Assembly: GCA_965240325.2 (NCBI GenBank)
Contig: OZ251246.1
Coordinates: 372,001 to 436,000, forward strand
Length of the DNA stretch: 64,000 nucleotides
Source: Rebecca billardiae RCC1528
Lineage: Eukaryota > Protista > Haptophyta
Direction: 5' to 3'
The translations under genes were made by a program, and so were the position numbers. Positions 9,042 through 20,610 of this stretch are shown here, piece after piece. The notes beneath the pieces were generated by a model, which searched no databases, was not told the DNA's origin, and saw only the letters and a list, made by a program, of their open reading frames with translations. Each line of letters starts with the position of its first letter. Position 1 is the first letter of the stretch.

Positions 9042-11969
9042 CATAGGGGGGCCAAACCGCTCATTTATAATAAAAAAGAAAATCAAAGCCGCGGCGCATT
9101 TTCGCTCCTCCCTCGGCCTTTTAGGGTGGCGCGGAGCCTTTTTCTCGGACCCCGCTCGAAAATCGAGCTCCGACGCGTTCGGCGCTCAGAGAGTCAGAGC
9201 AAGGGGGTTCAGTCAACTCAGAGCTCGGTTCCGCTCGAGCACGAGCGGCCGGAGGCAGTGGACCGCCGCGCGCTCGCGTCCCATGATACGCCGAGATGGT
9301 CTCGGGAGCGCGCGCGCGTGACCCTGGTGGGCGCTTCTGACCCTTGTCTTTGCGCCACCAGCGGCTCACCACCCGGTTCTTGGCCACCTCGCGCCGTGCG
9401 CGGCGCGCGTCGGCCGGCTTGAATTGCTGCGCTGCGTACGCCCGACACGCTACCCCTCCTTGTGGCTCAAGATCAACTCGCCCCGGCGAGATCGATGCTC
9501 GCCCCAAGTGTTCATGTGTATCCGTGGATGCCCAGCTCGCCTAACCTGCCCTGCTGCGACGGAATCGCCGTCAGCAGACCGGCGCGAGCTCGCGCGCAAC
9601 ACCTCCGCGGAGCCCGCAACTGTCATGTTCCGCTCGTAGGGCCCGTGTTTGCACCTGCCGTGGCACTTGCGATGGTCAGCACGTTGGGTATGGGTCACGC
9701 GTGCCCCCAGATGGCGTCGGGGCGCCTCCCACTCGCCTCTCAGGACGTCGCGGACGTGCTCGCAGGCAGCGGATGGCTCATTCGACAGGTCCGACGTGCA
9801 CTCGACCGTGCCTACAAGCGCGCCCCTGTGACGCGCATGCCTACAGAAACAGACGCAGATGGGCCTCAATACACCGTGGTGCGCCCAAGACCGGCGGGAG
9901 CGTCAGAGACCGTCTCAATCTTGACACCTTGCACACGCCGGCGCTTGCCATTGGGCTCCGCGCAGCCAGACAGGAGCGCCGAACAGCGCCGGATCAGCCT
10001 CTGTAGGCCGAATATCCGCCCCAACGCCCAGGAATAGCGCGGAACAGGGTACGGCGTACATATATGGACCGATCCCATCCGGCCTGGTTTGGTGCAGAGA
10101 CGCCAGCCACCACCTGGAGCAGGCGTTTGCTGCCGAATCGCATGCTCGGCACTGTGCCGCACTGCGACGACGACAGATTTGACCTGCCTCGTAGGTCTCG
10201 GCCATGGAGCGGTGACGGTTGGCTCAAGTGACTTTAAACCTTGATTATGACCGAGAGTACTCCCGGGCTGAGGACATGGGGCCGGTGCTTTGGGTCTACT
10301 ATGTCTGCAATACGCCGTACGCATGGCCGTATACACAGTCTGAAAACGTATCTCGCGGCTAGAGATCAGACGAGACTGTATTCATCAGCATGGCGTCTAT
10401 ATACACGGTGGGTATGTAACGACCAGTGGCTTCCGGGAAACTACGTGTTTGACAGCCTGCCAGTACACAGCCTATATCGCATGTTGGGACCTGCTGCTGC
10501 TGGGGACTCAGAACGACCTCGCCGAGATGCTCTATCAAAGTGAAGTCGACATGGTCTATGGGTCGATTTATTTGGCCATCTCGCGCGCCGCCACGCCCCT
10601 CTCCGCGTCTGCCGCGCGCACACGCAGCGATTGCATTTGGATGTTGCATTCTTGCGCATGCTTGCGCGCCACGTTGCGGGACGAGAAAAAGCGTCATGCG
10701 GTTAGGTTTGGCAGTTTGAGATGGTTCAGATGATGTTGTGACAGGAACTGGAAGACCTAACCGCATGACGCCCTTCATGCGCGCGCTACACGCATCACGT
10801 GCTCTCCGCGCAGGTGAGCTTGAAAATTTGAAGCTGCTGCTCCTCTGCGAGGCCATCGAGGCGAGCGGCGGCTAGCATGATGCAGCGCTCTCCCCAGCTG
10901 CCACGGCCAGCCACCTGCACCCGGCTGTGCTCGCACTCGCCTTGAGTGTGTGCACGGTTGACACGTCGACGGTGCTTGGCGGTGTGTTTTTGACTGCTGG
11001 TTGGTACGCACGCATCATGGGCCCACAGTGGAGTTGGGGTGCGTGCCGTGGCTGTGGCGCGCACGCGATCGACCCATACTACACACGCACAGCGCAGCTC
11101 GGCATCGTTACGGGCTTCAAACGTCGGCCAGAGCTTGTTTGCTATCCGCGTGCTGCGATCGTCGGCTCCGAGCAATCCACGAGGATGACAACAGGCGGTG
11201 CGTGCGCTGTTTGAAGGCGTTGGGCGCGGCGTCTGCTGGCTGTGCAGTCGCGCCTGGGTACGGCTCGCATGCTACGCAGCGGCGGATACCAGTCTGATGC
11301 GGTTTGACGCACGGGCAGTCATCTGCTTTGCTCTGCACGCGTGGCCGGCTGATCATCCTTTCGCAACGCGTGTCTGCGCGTGCGGTGACTGCTCCCAGAT
11401 GGGCTCGACGCGAGGCAAACGCGTGCGAGACTCATCGATACGGAGCTCCCCTCCAGGCAAGCGAGCGTTTGAGCGCGCTCACCTCACTCATGCCTACCCA
11501 CGCGCATGTTTGCGCGGCCCACTGGTTCGAATGATGCGACGAGGTCGGTGCGGCGTGCTCGTGGGCAGGAGTGCGCGCTCAGTCGACGGTCAAGACGCGC
11601 GCCACGAGGAGCAGTCATGTGCCCAAGGTCGCTCGACCAGCGCGCGACCAACGGCACCCGCGTAGGGCAGCGCAGGAGCTCGCGTTTGACACAGTGGAGC
11701 GCCACTGGGGCGGACGGGCGCCATGGGCGCCCATCGGCGCTACCAGCCCTCCCGTCGTCATGCGGTCATCCCGTGCGCCGAAGCCAAAAAAATCGATTCA
11801 GGGTATGTGCACCTGATTTTTTTAATTGGCTGGCCCAGACCCCTCCAGAGGGCATATGTCTGATATCATATGATCCAGCCCCAATTCAGCGCTAATAAAC
11901 ACTCGCTAGGACCAGCGCTCGTAGCCGTCAGTCACGTCACAGACACAGTGCCACTTTGGCACTCATAAA
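9042..11969. mobile_element. Non-autonomous TIR DNA transposon family A, copy 1 (P- or hAT-like termini)
   Basis: Begins CATAGGGGGGCCAAA and ends in degenerate TTTGGCACTCATAA. Highly similar to 41457-43171, which ends TTTGGCCCCCCTATG. No intact transposase ORF. Confidence 0.75.
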
Positions 11970-12168
11970 TGGCAGGCCCCGCCCTACGCGGCACTCTCCG
12001 CATAACCGTACCGTATAACTCATATAAGTATTATTATTTATAATTAAGTTCCGGGGCATTGCGGCACGCGCGGCCGCGCGGTACCGACCCGGTACGCGTC
12101 AGTCGAAGTGAGGGCCCCCGCGGCGAGGGCTCTGCCACGCTACGCGCTCCGCCCTGCACCGCGGGCCA

Positions 12169-13365
12169 TCAATCATCGGAGGATGATGACAGATCGGATG
12201 CCAGGATCACTGTCCAACGGTCAGACTCGTCATCAACGTAGTCTGTGTCTGCACCGTGTGGCCGCAGTCGTGAATCCGCTCCGAGGTTGCCTCCGCTCTC
12301 GAGTCTCCCGACCAGCGGCGGCGGTTGGGGCAGCTGTGGGGCGGCGTCCGAGTCAGTGGCGATGCTGCTGGTGCGTGTGTGCTGTCGCTTCGCTGAGCGC
12401 GTGCCCTGGTCGCCGGTGCCATGCTCCAGCCTACGCTTGGAGACGGCGAGCCGAGTGTTCACCATGCCGGCCAGCTTGTGCGTAGCGCACCGGCTGAAGC
12501 GCGCGTCGCCCGGCATGCCGAACGAAGGCAGCTTGGTGCAGCCCGCGTGATCGCACATGGGGTTCCTCACATTGACCATGCCGGCCAGCTTGTGCACAGC
12601 GCACCGGCTGGCGCGCGCGTCGCCCGGCATGCCGAACGAAGGCACCTTGGTGCAGCCCGCGTGATCACACATGGGGCTCACCACATTGACCATGCCGGCC
12701 AGCTTGTGCTCAGCGCACCGGCTGGCGCGCGTGTCGCCCGGCATGCCGCATGACGGCTGTTTTGTGCAGCCGGCATGACCGCACTTGCGGTTCACCACAT
12801 CGACCATGCCGGCCAGCTTGTGCGTAGCGCACCGGCTGGCGCGCTTGTCGCCCGGCATGCCGAACGAAGGCTGCTTGGTGCAGCCCGCGTGATCGCACAT
12901 GGGGTTCCTCACATTGACCATGCCGGCCAGCTTGTGCTCAGCGCACCGGCTGACGCGCTTGTCGCCCGGCATGCCGCATGAAGGCCACTTGGTGCAGCCC
13001 GCGTGATCGCACATGGGGTTCCTCACATTGACCATGCCAGCCAGCTTGTGCTCAGCGCACCGGCTGCCGCGCGTGTCGCCCGGCATGCGAAATGAAGGCC
13101 ACTTGGTGCAGCCCGCGTGATCGCACTTGGGGTTCACCACATTGACCATGCGGGCCAGCTTGTGCTCAGCGCACCGGCTGCCGCGCGTGTCGCCCGGCAT
13201 GCCGAATGAAGGCCACTTGGTGCAGCCCGCGTGATCGCACTTGGGGTTCATCACATTGACCATGCCGGCCAGCTTGTGCTCAGTGCACCGGCTCGGGCGC
13301 GTGTCGCCCGGCATGCCGAATGACGGCTGTTTTGTGCAGCCGTCATGACCGCACTTGCGGCTCAT
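12169..13365 (-). CDS. EsV-1-7-like cysteine-rich zinc-repeat protein 1 (8 x 38-aa repeats + NLS-like and acidic tail)
   Basis: Tandem 114-bp units encoding CxHAGCTKxPSFGMPGDxRxSRCAxHKLAGMV(N/D)V, matching the EsV-1-7 C-x4-C...C-x2-H motif. ATG at 13365 (MSRKCGH). Confidence 0.8.
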   Translation of the reverse strand: MSRKCGHDGCTKQPSFGMPGDTRPSRCTEHKLAGMVNVMNPKCDHAGCTKWPSFGMPGDTRGSRCAEHKLARMVNVVNPKCDHAGCTKWPSFRMPGDTRGSRCAEHKLAGMVNVRNPMCDHAGCTKWPSCGMPGDKRVSRCAEHKLAGMVNVRNPMCDHAGCTKQPSFGMPGDKRASRCATHKLAGMVDVVNRKCGHAGCTKQPSCGMPGDTRASRCAEHKLAGMVNVVSPMCDHAGCTKVPSFGMPGDARASRCAVHKLAGMVNVRNPMCDHAGCTKLPSFGMPGDARFSRCATHKLAGMVNTRLAVSKRRLEHGTGDQGTRSAKRQHTRTSSIATDSDAAPQLPQPPPLVGRLESGGNLGADSRLRPHGADTDYVDDESDRWTVILASDLSSSSDD

Positions 13366-15484
13366 CGAGTAGCTCGTGCTTGAGCGTCCGTGTACCCTCG
13401 GCTCGGTGGCTCCGGCCCGGGCGGCAGCAGGGACTCGCGCTGTACTGTACGGTGTGCCACCCCGCGGCCCGCCCTCCCGCTCGGTTGTTGTGTGTCCGAT
13501 CCGGATCGGGGGGATAGTCCGGTAGACACCCCAGGAGTCCGGATGGGTGCGATCGACAGCGGACAGCACCGCGCTGCGACGCGCGAGCTGTAAGGCCGCC
13601 GCCCGCCGCCATGGACCTCAGCTTCATGGACCAGCCCTTCCCGTTCGGCGCACGTGACGAGGATGCTGAGGCGCGCGATGGGGGCCTCGACATGCTCGGA
13701 GGCGATTTGAGTTACCTGGTCCACCCCGGATTTTCGCCAGTGAAAAAGCCTTTTTCGGATTTTGGGCGCCTCATTTCTCCCGATTTTTCTGCTCGTAAAA
13801 AATCGCCACCGGCCGTCCGACGGGCGACGGCTCGCCGCGACGAAGGTCGGGAAGGGGCTCGAGAGCCTCGACTGGACGACTGCGCCGCCTCATGTCAGGT
13901 GTAGTGCTGGACACATCGTTCGGGTGCCCCGGCGGTGTGCGTGCACACCTTGAGCGACATGTCTGCGTTGCTTCCGCCGCCCGCGGTCCGTCGCCAGGTC
14001 GAGTTCTCGCCCGACGGCGCGCGTCGAACGCTCAGCTGCTGGGTTCCGCCGCGCCTTCGAGACGGGCCACCTCGGGTAATATGCGGGCCACGCGACGGCT
14101 CGTGTGGGCCACCGCCTTCCCCTAGCATGTATTCGATGCCACCACCAGCGTTGGGCGCGCTGCGCATCGCCAACGCTTCATCCGGCCAGTCCCGTCACGT
14201 TCGAGCATGGGTCGTCCTGAGCGGCGGCTGTCGATTTGTGCTCCTCGTGGAGCTGTATGACGGGCTGGTGGCGAGCAGGATGGCTCGCCTTGCGGGGCTG
14301 GGTGTGTGCAGTCGCAGTGTAGTGGCTGCCGGCTGACTCCCATCGCCTGGGTGCTGCTTTACCGTCATGGCCTTTGCTGCGAGCACAAGGTCGAGGATCG
14401 TACCGCGGTCTGCGAGGCAGAAGAGTCGACGGAGTCGTCGCTTGAAGATGGTTGAGAGCGCTCATACGTCTTCCTTGGTGTCGTGCGGCTACTCCAGCGC
14501 GCAAGGCTCGCGCTCTGGCACGTGTTTGGTGTCCATGGGTGGCACATTGTGCCATTCGGGTGGCTCGGAAGCACGTGCTCGGGTGTCTTTCCCGTTTACG
14601 CGCGGTGGGCCAAGTCACCACGCACGGCCAGAGCATGTCATGTCACGCAGAGGGTGACCATGAACGATCCCCACCCCGGTGGTGGCCGTAGGCGCACTCG
14701 AAGCGGTCGCATCGTCACCCGCGGATCACATCAGTCCGCCGTTGAGGCTGTCGGGCGAGCAAAGACGTGTGATCTGACCCTTGGACGGGCAGCTAGAACC
14801 GCGATTATGCCTCATCTGAGGACGCACATGTCGTCGCTGTAGGCAGTACTGATGCCCCAAGTGAAAGGGCGGGCGTGGCACGCGACTTGACAGCTTGAAT
14901 GACTCGATGCACGCCGCCATGGACACGCGATCCGGATCCGTTGCGAACCTGCCGTGTGGCTCACGGCGGCGCGCGTTGTGCCGCAGATCGGCCAGTCGCC
15001 ACGCAGGAGATGGTCTCCAGACCAGGTCCAGCACCTGACCGACTGCCGCACGCCTGGCCGGGTGGGAGTCCGGCCCTCTTCTTGTCTGCAGGAGTGCGCG
15101 GAAGGCCAGGCGGAGCCTCGTCCGACCGCTGCACCCAGAGCGCCGCACTAATCCGTAATCGTGCAGCCTGGGACAGCTACCCACCTGTGGCGAATATGTA
15201 ACGGCATGGTGGCATTGTAACTGTACAGGTCCAGACCGCATATTTATGCGGGTACATTGTCCATAATATGCGGGCACAAGTGGGTAATATAGTCGATCTT
15301 GCCGCTGCAGTAGTATTGAGTACGGCCACTTGCTGCACAGACCACAGCCCATCCTAATGGCCTGTACCAAGGTTCATGCTCGGCATTGCTCGCCTCGACG
15401 TACGCCAATAAGTAGGTTCGTGCGTTTGGGCTCATTTCGGCTAAGTACTTACCCATATCATTCAGACTGACGATTCTCTATGTG

Positions 15485-15982
15485 TCCGGCTCGGGCTCCG
15501 GTCCACCACCCCCAGCTCCGTTACGTCTTGGCCCCGCCGCCGAAGTCAACCAAGCGGACCATGCAGCAGAGTCCCTTCCGACCCCCGGGCCCGATTGATG
15601 ACTTCAACGAGAACTGATGTCGCAGATCCGACCACCTCCCAATAGGTTTAGACTCTATTTTACTATGTCATTACCCGTCCCTTACTCAGATTTCAGCACA
15701 GTCCGGGATTCGTTCCGAACACCTGTATACATTTGCGAAAGTGTCACCCGGATTGGGTATTTGATTATAGAAAATAGAGTCTGAACCCATTGGAGGTCGG
15801 GCTGATGATCCACTGTCGTCTGGCCGTAATCGGTAATATCGGACATCCAAGGGACCGCTTGGGGTGGTCTAGGAGCTAAGCTAGTGTAGATCATCAGAGG
15901 CAGCGATCCCGCCGATTGCAGTGTCAAGATGTAACGCTCCAGTGACCGGACTGGGGGGGCGGGTGGACCGAAGCCGGAGCCG
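15485..15982. mobile_element. Degenerate MITE-like element with imperfect ~40-bp TIRs
   Basis: CGGCTCGGGCTCCGGTCCACCACCCCCAG at the left end vs the reverse complement of CTGGGGGGCGGGTGGACCGAAGCCGGAGCCG at the right end; AT-richer non-coding interior. Confidence 0.4.
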
Positions 15983-16235
15983 TCCGTGACCGTAGCAGTT
16001 CGGTCCTCGGCGCGCGCACGGCACGCTCAGCACGACGTCGACGACGGGCCGCGGACGATGCGATTTTCAAAGGCCGAAGTTACTTTTATTGCTCCGCCCG
16101 GGCTGATGGGCCCATATCATTTGTTACTTATATATTATACGCTGTTTCCGGGTGTGAGCGCGTGCCTAGGGGCCCGCATTCATTTTGCGATAAAATCCCC
16201 GAAAGTGCTCCAGTGCGTTTGGACCAGGCTCAATA

Positions 16236-17610
16236 TCAATCGTCATCGGAGGATGACAGATCGGATGCCAGGATCACCGTCCAACGGTCAGACTCGTCAT
16301 CAATGTAGTCTGTATCAGCACCGTGTGGCTGCGTTCGAGAATCCGCTCCGAGGTTGCCTCCGCTCTCGAGTCTCCCGACCAGCGGCGGCGGTTGGGGCAG
16401 CTGTGGGGCGGTGTCCGAGTCAGTGGCGATGCGGCTGGTGCGTGCGTGCCGTCGCTTCGCTGCGCGCGTGCCCTGGTCGCCGGTGCCATGCTCCAGCCTG
16501 CGCTTGGGGACGGCGAGCCGAGGGTTCACCATTCCTGTCAGCTTGTGCTCAGCGCACCGGCTGGCGCGCGCGTCGCCCGGCATGCCAAACGAAGGCTGCT
16601 TGGTGCAGCCAGCGTGACCGCACTTGGGGCTCACCACGTCGACCATGCCGGCCAGCTTGTGCGTAGCGCACCGGCTGGCGCGCGCGTCGCCCGGCATGCC
16701 AAACACAGGCCGCTTGGTGCAGCCGGTGTGATCACACTTGCGGTTCCTAACGTCGACCATGCCGGCCAGCTTGTGCGTAGCGCACCGGCTGGCGCGCGCA
16801 TCACCCGGCATGCCAAACGAAGGCACCTTGGTGCAGCCCGCGTGATCACACCTGGGGTGTATCACGTCGACCATGCCGGCCAGCTTGTGCGTAGCGCACC
16901 GGCTGGCGCGCTTGTCGCCCGGCATGCCGAACGAAGGCAGCTTGGTGCAGCCGGTGTGATCACACTTGGGGCTCACCACGATGATGAACATGCCGGCCAG
17001 CTTGTGCGTAGCGCACCGGCTGGCGCGCGCATCACCCTGCATGCCGAACGAAGGCACCTTGGTGCAGCCCGCGTGATCACACCTGGGGTGTATCACGTCG
17101 ACCATGCCGGCCAGCTTGTGCGTAGCGCACCGGCTGGCGCGCTTGTCGCCCGGCATGCCGAACGAAGGCACCTTGGTGCAGCCCGCGTGATCACACATGG
17201 GGTGCATCACGTCGACCATGCCGGCCAGCTTGTGCGTAGCGCACCGGCTGGCGCGCGCGTCGCCCGGCATGCCAAACACAGGCCGCTTGGTGCAGCCCGC
17301 GTGATCACACTTGCGGCTCCTGACATCGATCATGCCGGCCAGCTTGTGCGTAGCGCACCGGCTGGCGCGCTTCTCGCCCGGCATGCCGAACACAGGCTCC
17401 TTTGTGCAGCCCGCGTGATCACACTTGCGGCTCCTCACGTTGACCATGCCGGCCAGCTTGTGCGTAGCGCACCGGCTGGCGCGCTTGTCGCCCGGCATGC
17501 CGAACGAAGGCAGCTTGGCGCAGCCGGTGTGATCACACTTGGGGCTCACCACATTGACCATGCGGGCCAGCTTGTGCTCAGCGCACCGGCTGCCGCGCGT
17601 GTCGCCCGGC
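16236..17610 (-). CDS. EsV-1-7-like zinc-repeat protein 2 (9 full repeats + 5' half repeat; 5'-truncated, in-frame ATG at 17561)
   Basis: Same 114-bp repeat and a nearly identical C-terminal tail to gene 1. Repeat homology stops abruptly mid-repeat at 17610; the frame stays open. Confidence 0.75.
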
Positions 17611-20610
17611 AGCGTTCCGCACACGTGCGTCCGCCCGGCCCGCGCCGGCAGCGGTGCCTCCACCGGATCCACACCAGCGTGATTATGTATGCGGGCCCGG
17701 AGGGCCCGTGTACCAAACCCGCGAGCGCGAATCACGATGGCGGCGCATACTGGTCCAAGGAGTTTGTCCGGAAATCGGCTGGCCTCGTTAGTTACAACTT
17801 CGACTTCTACTAGAAAAATGTCTACTTTCAGATACACGATTCGAATTATTCTTATTGGGCGCAAACGAAAACGATTGCCGGATTTGGGGGGCGAACCGGA
17901 CTCAACCGGCCTACGGTGAACCGCCAACCGTGATTTAGGTGGGTCCCTGGCGATTTTCCAGCGGTCTTTTAAACATTTACCGGGTTTTCTGGCCTGATTT
18001 CTTTTCGCGCGGGGCGCGGCTCGGGAAAATCGCCGGACCGCCGGCCGAGGTCGATCTGAACGCTCCCGACGATGTCGGAGCGCCTCTCCAGCGCGACCGA
18101 GCCGCCGTGTGTCGGGTAGCCCACAGCCAACACCTATCGCGCGCTCCAGCGCTTTGCGCGTGCTCACGGATGGGATCCGTGGTCACACATCCCCCGCCTG
18201 GCACGTGCCCGCATGTTTGACTCTCGCCCGGCTAGACGCGTACAGACAACTTGAATCGATCGGCGGGTGTTCGACCCGTGCCTTCGAGCAGGGTCAGTTT
18301 TTGCCACATGCGGGTCAGGCGACGGGAGGCATGGGTCAGTGTCGTGCACGGGCATGCTCTTGACGCTCCCGCCATCTTGAGCAGCTCAACGCACCGTGAA
18401 GGTGACATTTGGGCTGTGCGCAAGCTGCTCGTGAGAACGCACGACAGCCAGCCCCGGGCTCTCGGGGAGCCATGTAAGCGATTGGCGACTTCCGAGAGGG
18501 CGTGTTTGGTGGGGGTTGGTACCAATCATCGACCAGCAGGCCTAGGATGGGTGCACTGAGGACTTGGGATGCTGAGAAGCCGCCGCGATGTGCGGCGAGC
18601 ACGCCGACTTGCCATCCGTGTGCACGATCCAGCGCCAGGAAGATCAGCAGGGCCTTTGACAGCGGCAGCAGGCGCTCAGCGATCCTTCCCTATGCCGAGT
18701 GTGGGCATAGCCTGTGGTGCTCGAGGGTGGTCGCAGGATATGGGTCCATTCTTGACAGAACGCGGTCGCGTTGACAGGCGCGGGTGCCACCCCACGCTGT
18801 TGCTTCTGCCATTGGGTGGTCCCACTCGTTCCGCTTGTGGTCTGCGAAGACTCGTACTCAGCAACTCTACGGCTAGGCGTAGTAGACCCCTCAGACGCAT
18901 GTCTGATGATCGCCCGGCACGTTCTCGTCGTCACGTTGGGTGTACTTGAGCGAGCGGAAGCCGCAACGTGATGGCTAGGCCAGCAGCTCAACCATCTGAC
19001 GTCTCGCCGGCCAACTGGCTGAGTGCTCTCAGCCTAGCAGCAGCGTCGGTGAACCTATCGTATTGCTGCCTGGCGAGAAGATGGTAGGAGGCATCGTCGG
19101 CGGCATGGGCTGCAGCTGCGGTAGTCATGGACTGGTGGCGGCCTCACGCGGGTGGGCATACGACGACCGGTGACACGCGGAGTACGAGCACGGAAGCCGC
19201 CGAACGCGGCAAGCTCCGGCGGTGGCGTTGGCTGATAGTCCAGCCTCGACGGCGGAGGGCTCCCGTGTGACGACGGTGGCATGCTCGGTGGCGGGCGATG
19301 GTGTGTGCCTCGGCACGCAGCCCGCCACAAACACTGCCACTCGCAGGCAGTCCGGTTGCGGCCCGGGTTGCCAATGCCTGTGTCCGCGTCGCTCGGCGCC
19401 TATTCGATGACCCAACAAACGTACCCACATATCGGAACGAATTTGAATATATAGTGAAGCGCATCCACGGTCAATATAAAGTGGGTACCATACATACTAT
19501 ATACGGGTAAGTGGCTATATATGAAGTGGGTAATATGCTCGATCTTGCTGTAGTTTGTTGGAGGTATCAGCGCACAGCATAGAGCCCCACTCTTTGCTTC
19601 ATAAAATGGTTCGGTCGGGTGTCAACGGTTGTCAATAAGTAATTCCGATCGCATGTCGCCATCTAGCCACCATAACCATGAAGTGACGCTTCGCAAAATC
19701 TCTATGTGACACTACTGGCGCGGCGCGCGCGCGCTCGGCCGCGCGACGGCACGCGGAGTAGGTTTTGAGGTCGAAACTTTTGCTCCGCCCCGATGGGACG
19801 CATTTATGGCGTCGATTCTGGGTGAGAGACAAAATCTAGGACGTCATCCTGAGTGCGCCAGAATATCGCCCCAGTGGGGAGGGACCCACCTACCGGGGTG
19901 ATTCGTGAACTCGGTGAAGTCGCCAGCCTTGAGATGGCACCGCAGACCGCATTACGCGATTAATTCGAAGAGGCACCTGGAAGAGAAGCAATAAAATGCA
20001 TAGCTCGCGGCGGCCCTCCCGCTCGGCAGCTCTTTGTTTGAGAGCTGTTCATGAGTCGTGTCGCGAACGCGTCTGGAGCTTATTGCTCGCACGGGCCGCC
20101 GAGGGCTCCGCCGTGAGGCGCGCCACCCGGGCTGCTGTCTGTGCCTGTGGCCACGATGCCCGTCGGGGGGAGGCGCGTCCGCGGCGCAGTGCATGAGGCC
20201 GTCGCGCGCTTCTTGCCTCGCGCCAAGCTCTGATTGCGTCTCTCGCCCGCCGAGCTCGCCGCTAGCCGGCCGATGTCGTCACGATCCGCGGCATCAAACC
20301 AATCACCGCACACAGACCGCCAAGCCCGAAGCCGCGCGGTGACACAGTAAGTACGTGCGGAGTGAGCACAGAGCAGGCGCCTGAGCGCGACACGCGCGAA
20401 AGATGGTGCGGTCACGCCCCTGCACGACTGGTCGACCGCTTACTTGCCCGCTCGGCGCGTCTCAAGAACCCCTCGTGCGCGCGTTTCACGCGGCGGAGTG
20501 CAACGAACGAACAATCACGGACCTGCGGTCGCGAACGACGAGGCACAGTGCTCGAGCTGCGCGATAACACAGCGCGTGTGCACACTGTGACTGAGTGAGC
20601 AGACGCCTGA

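Noticed and set aside
12461-17610. 114-bp tandem repeats as a CRISPR-like array
   Set aside because: There are no unique spacers; the units are in-frame coding repeats in a eukaryotic context.
17611-18167. N-terminal 185 aa of the 643-aa ORF as real coding sequence
   Set aside because: Non-ATG start, non-host codon usage, unrelated to gene 1; likely TE-derived.
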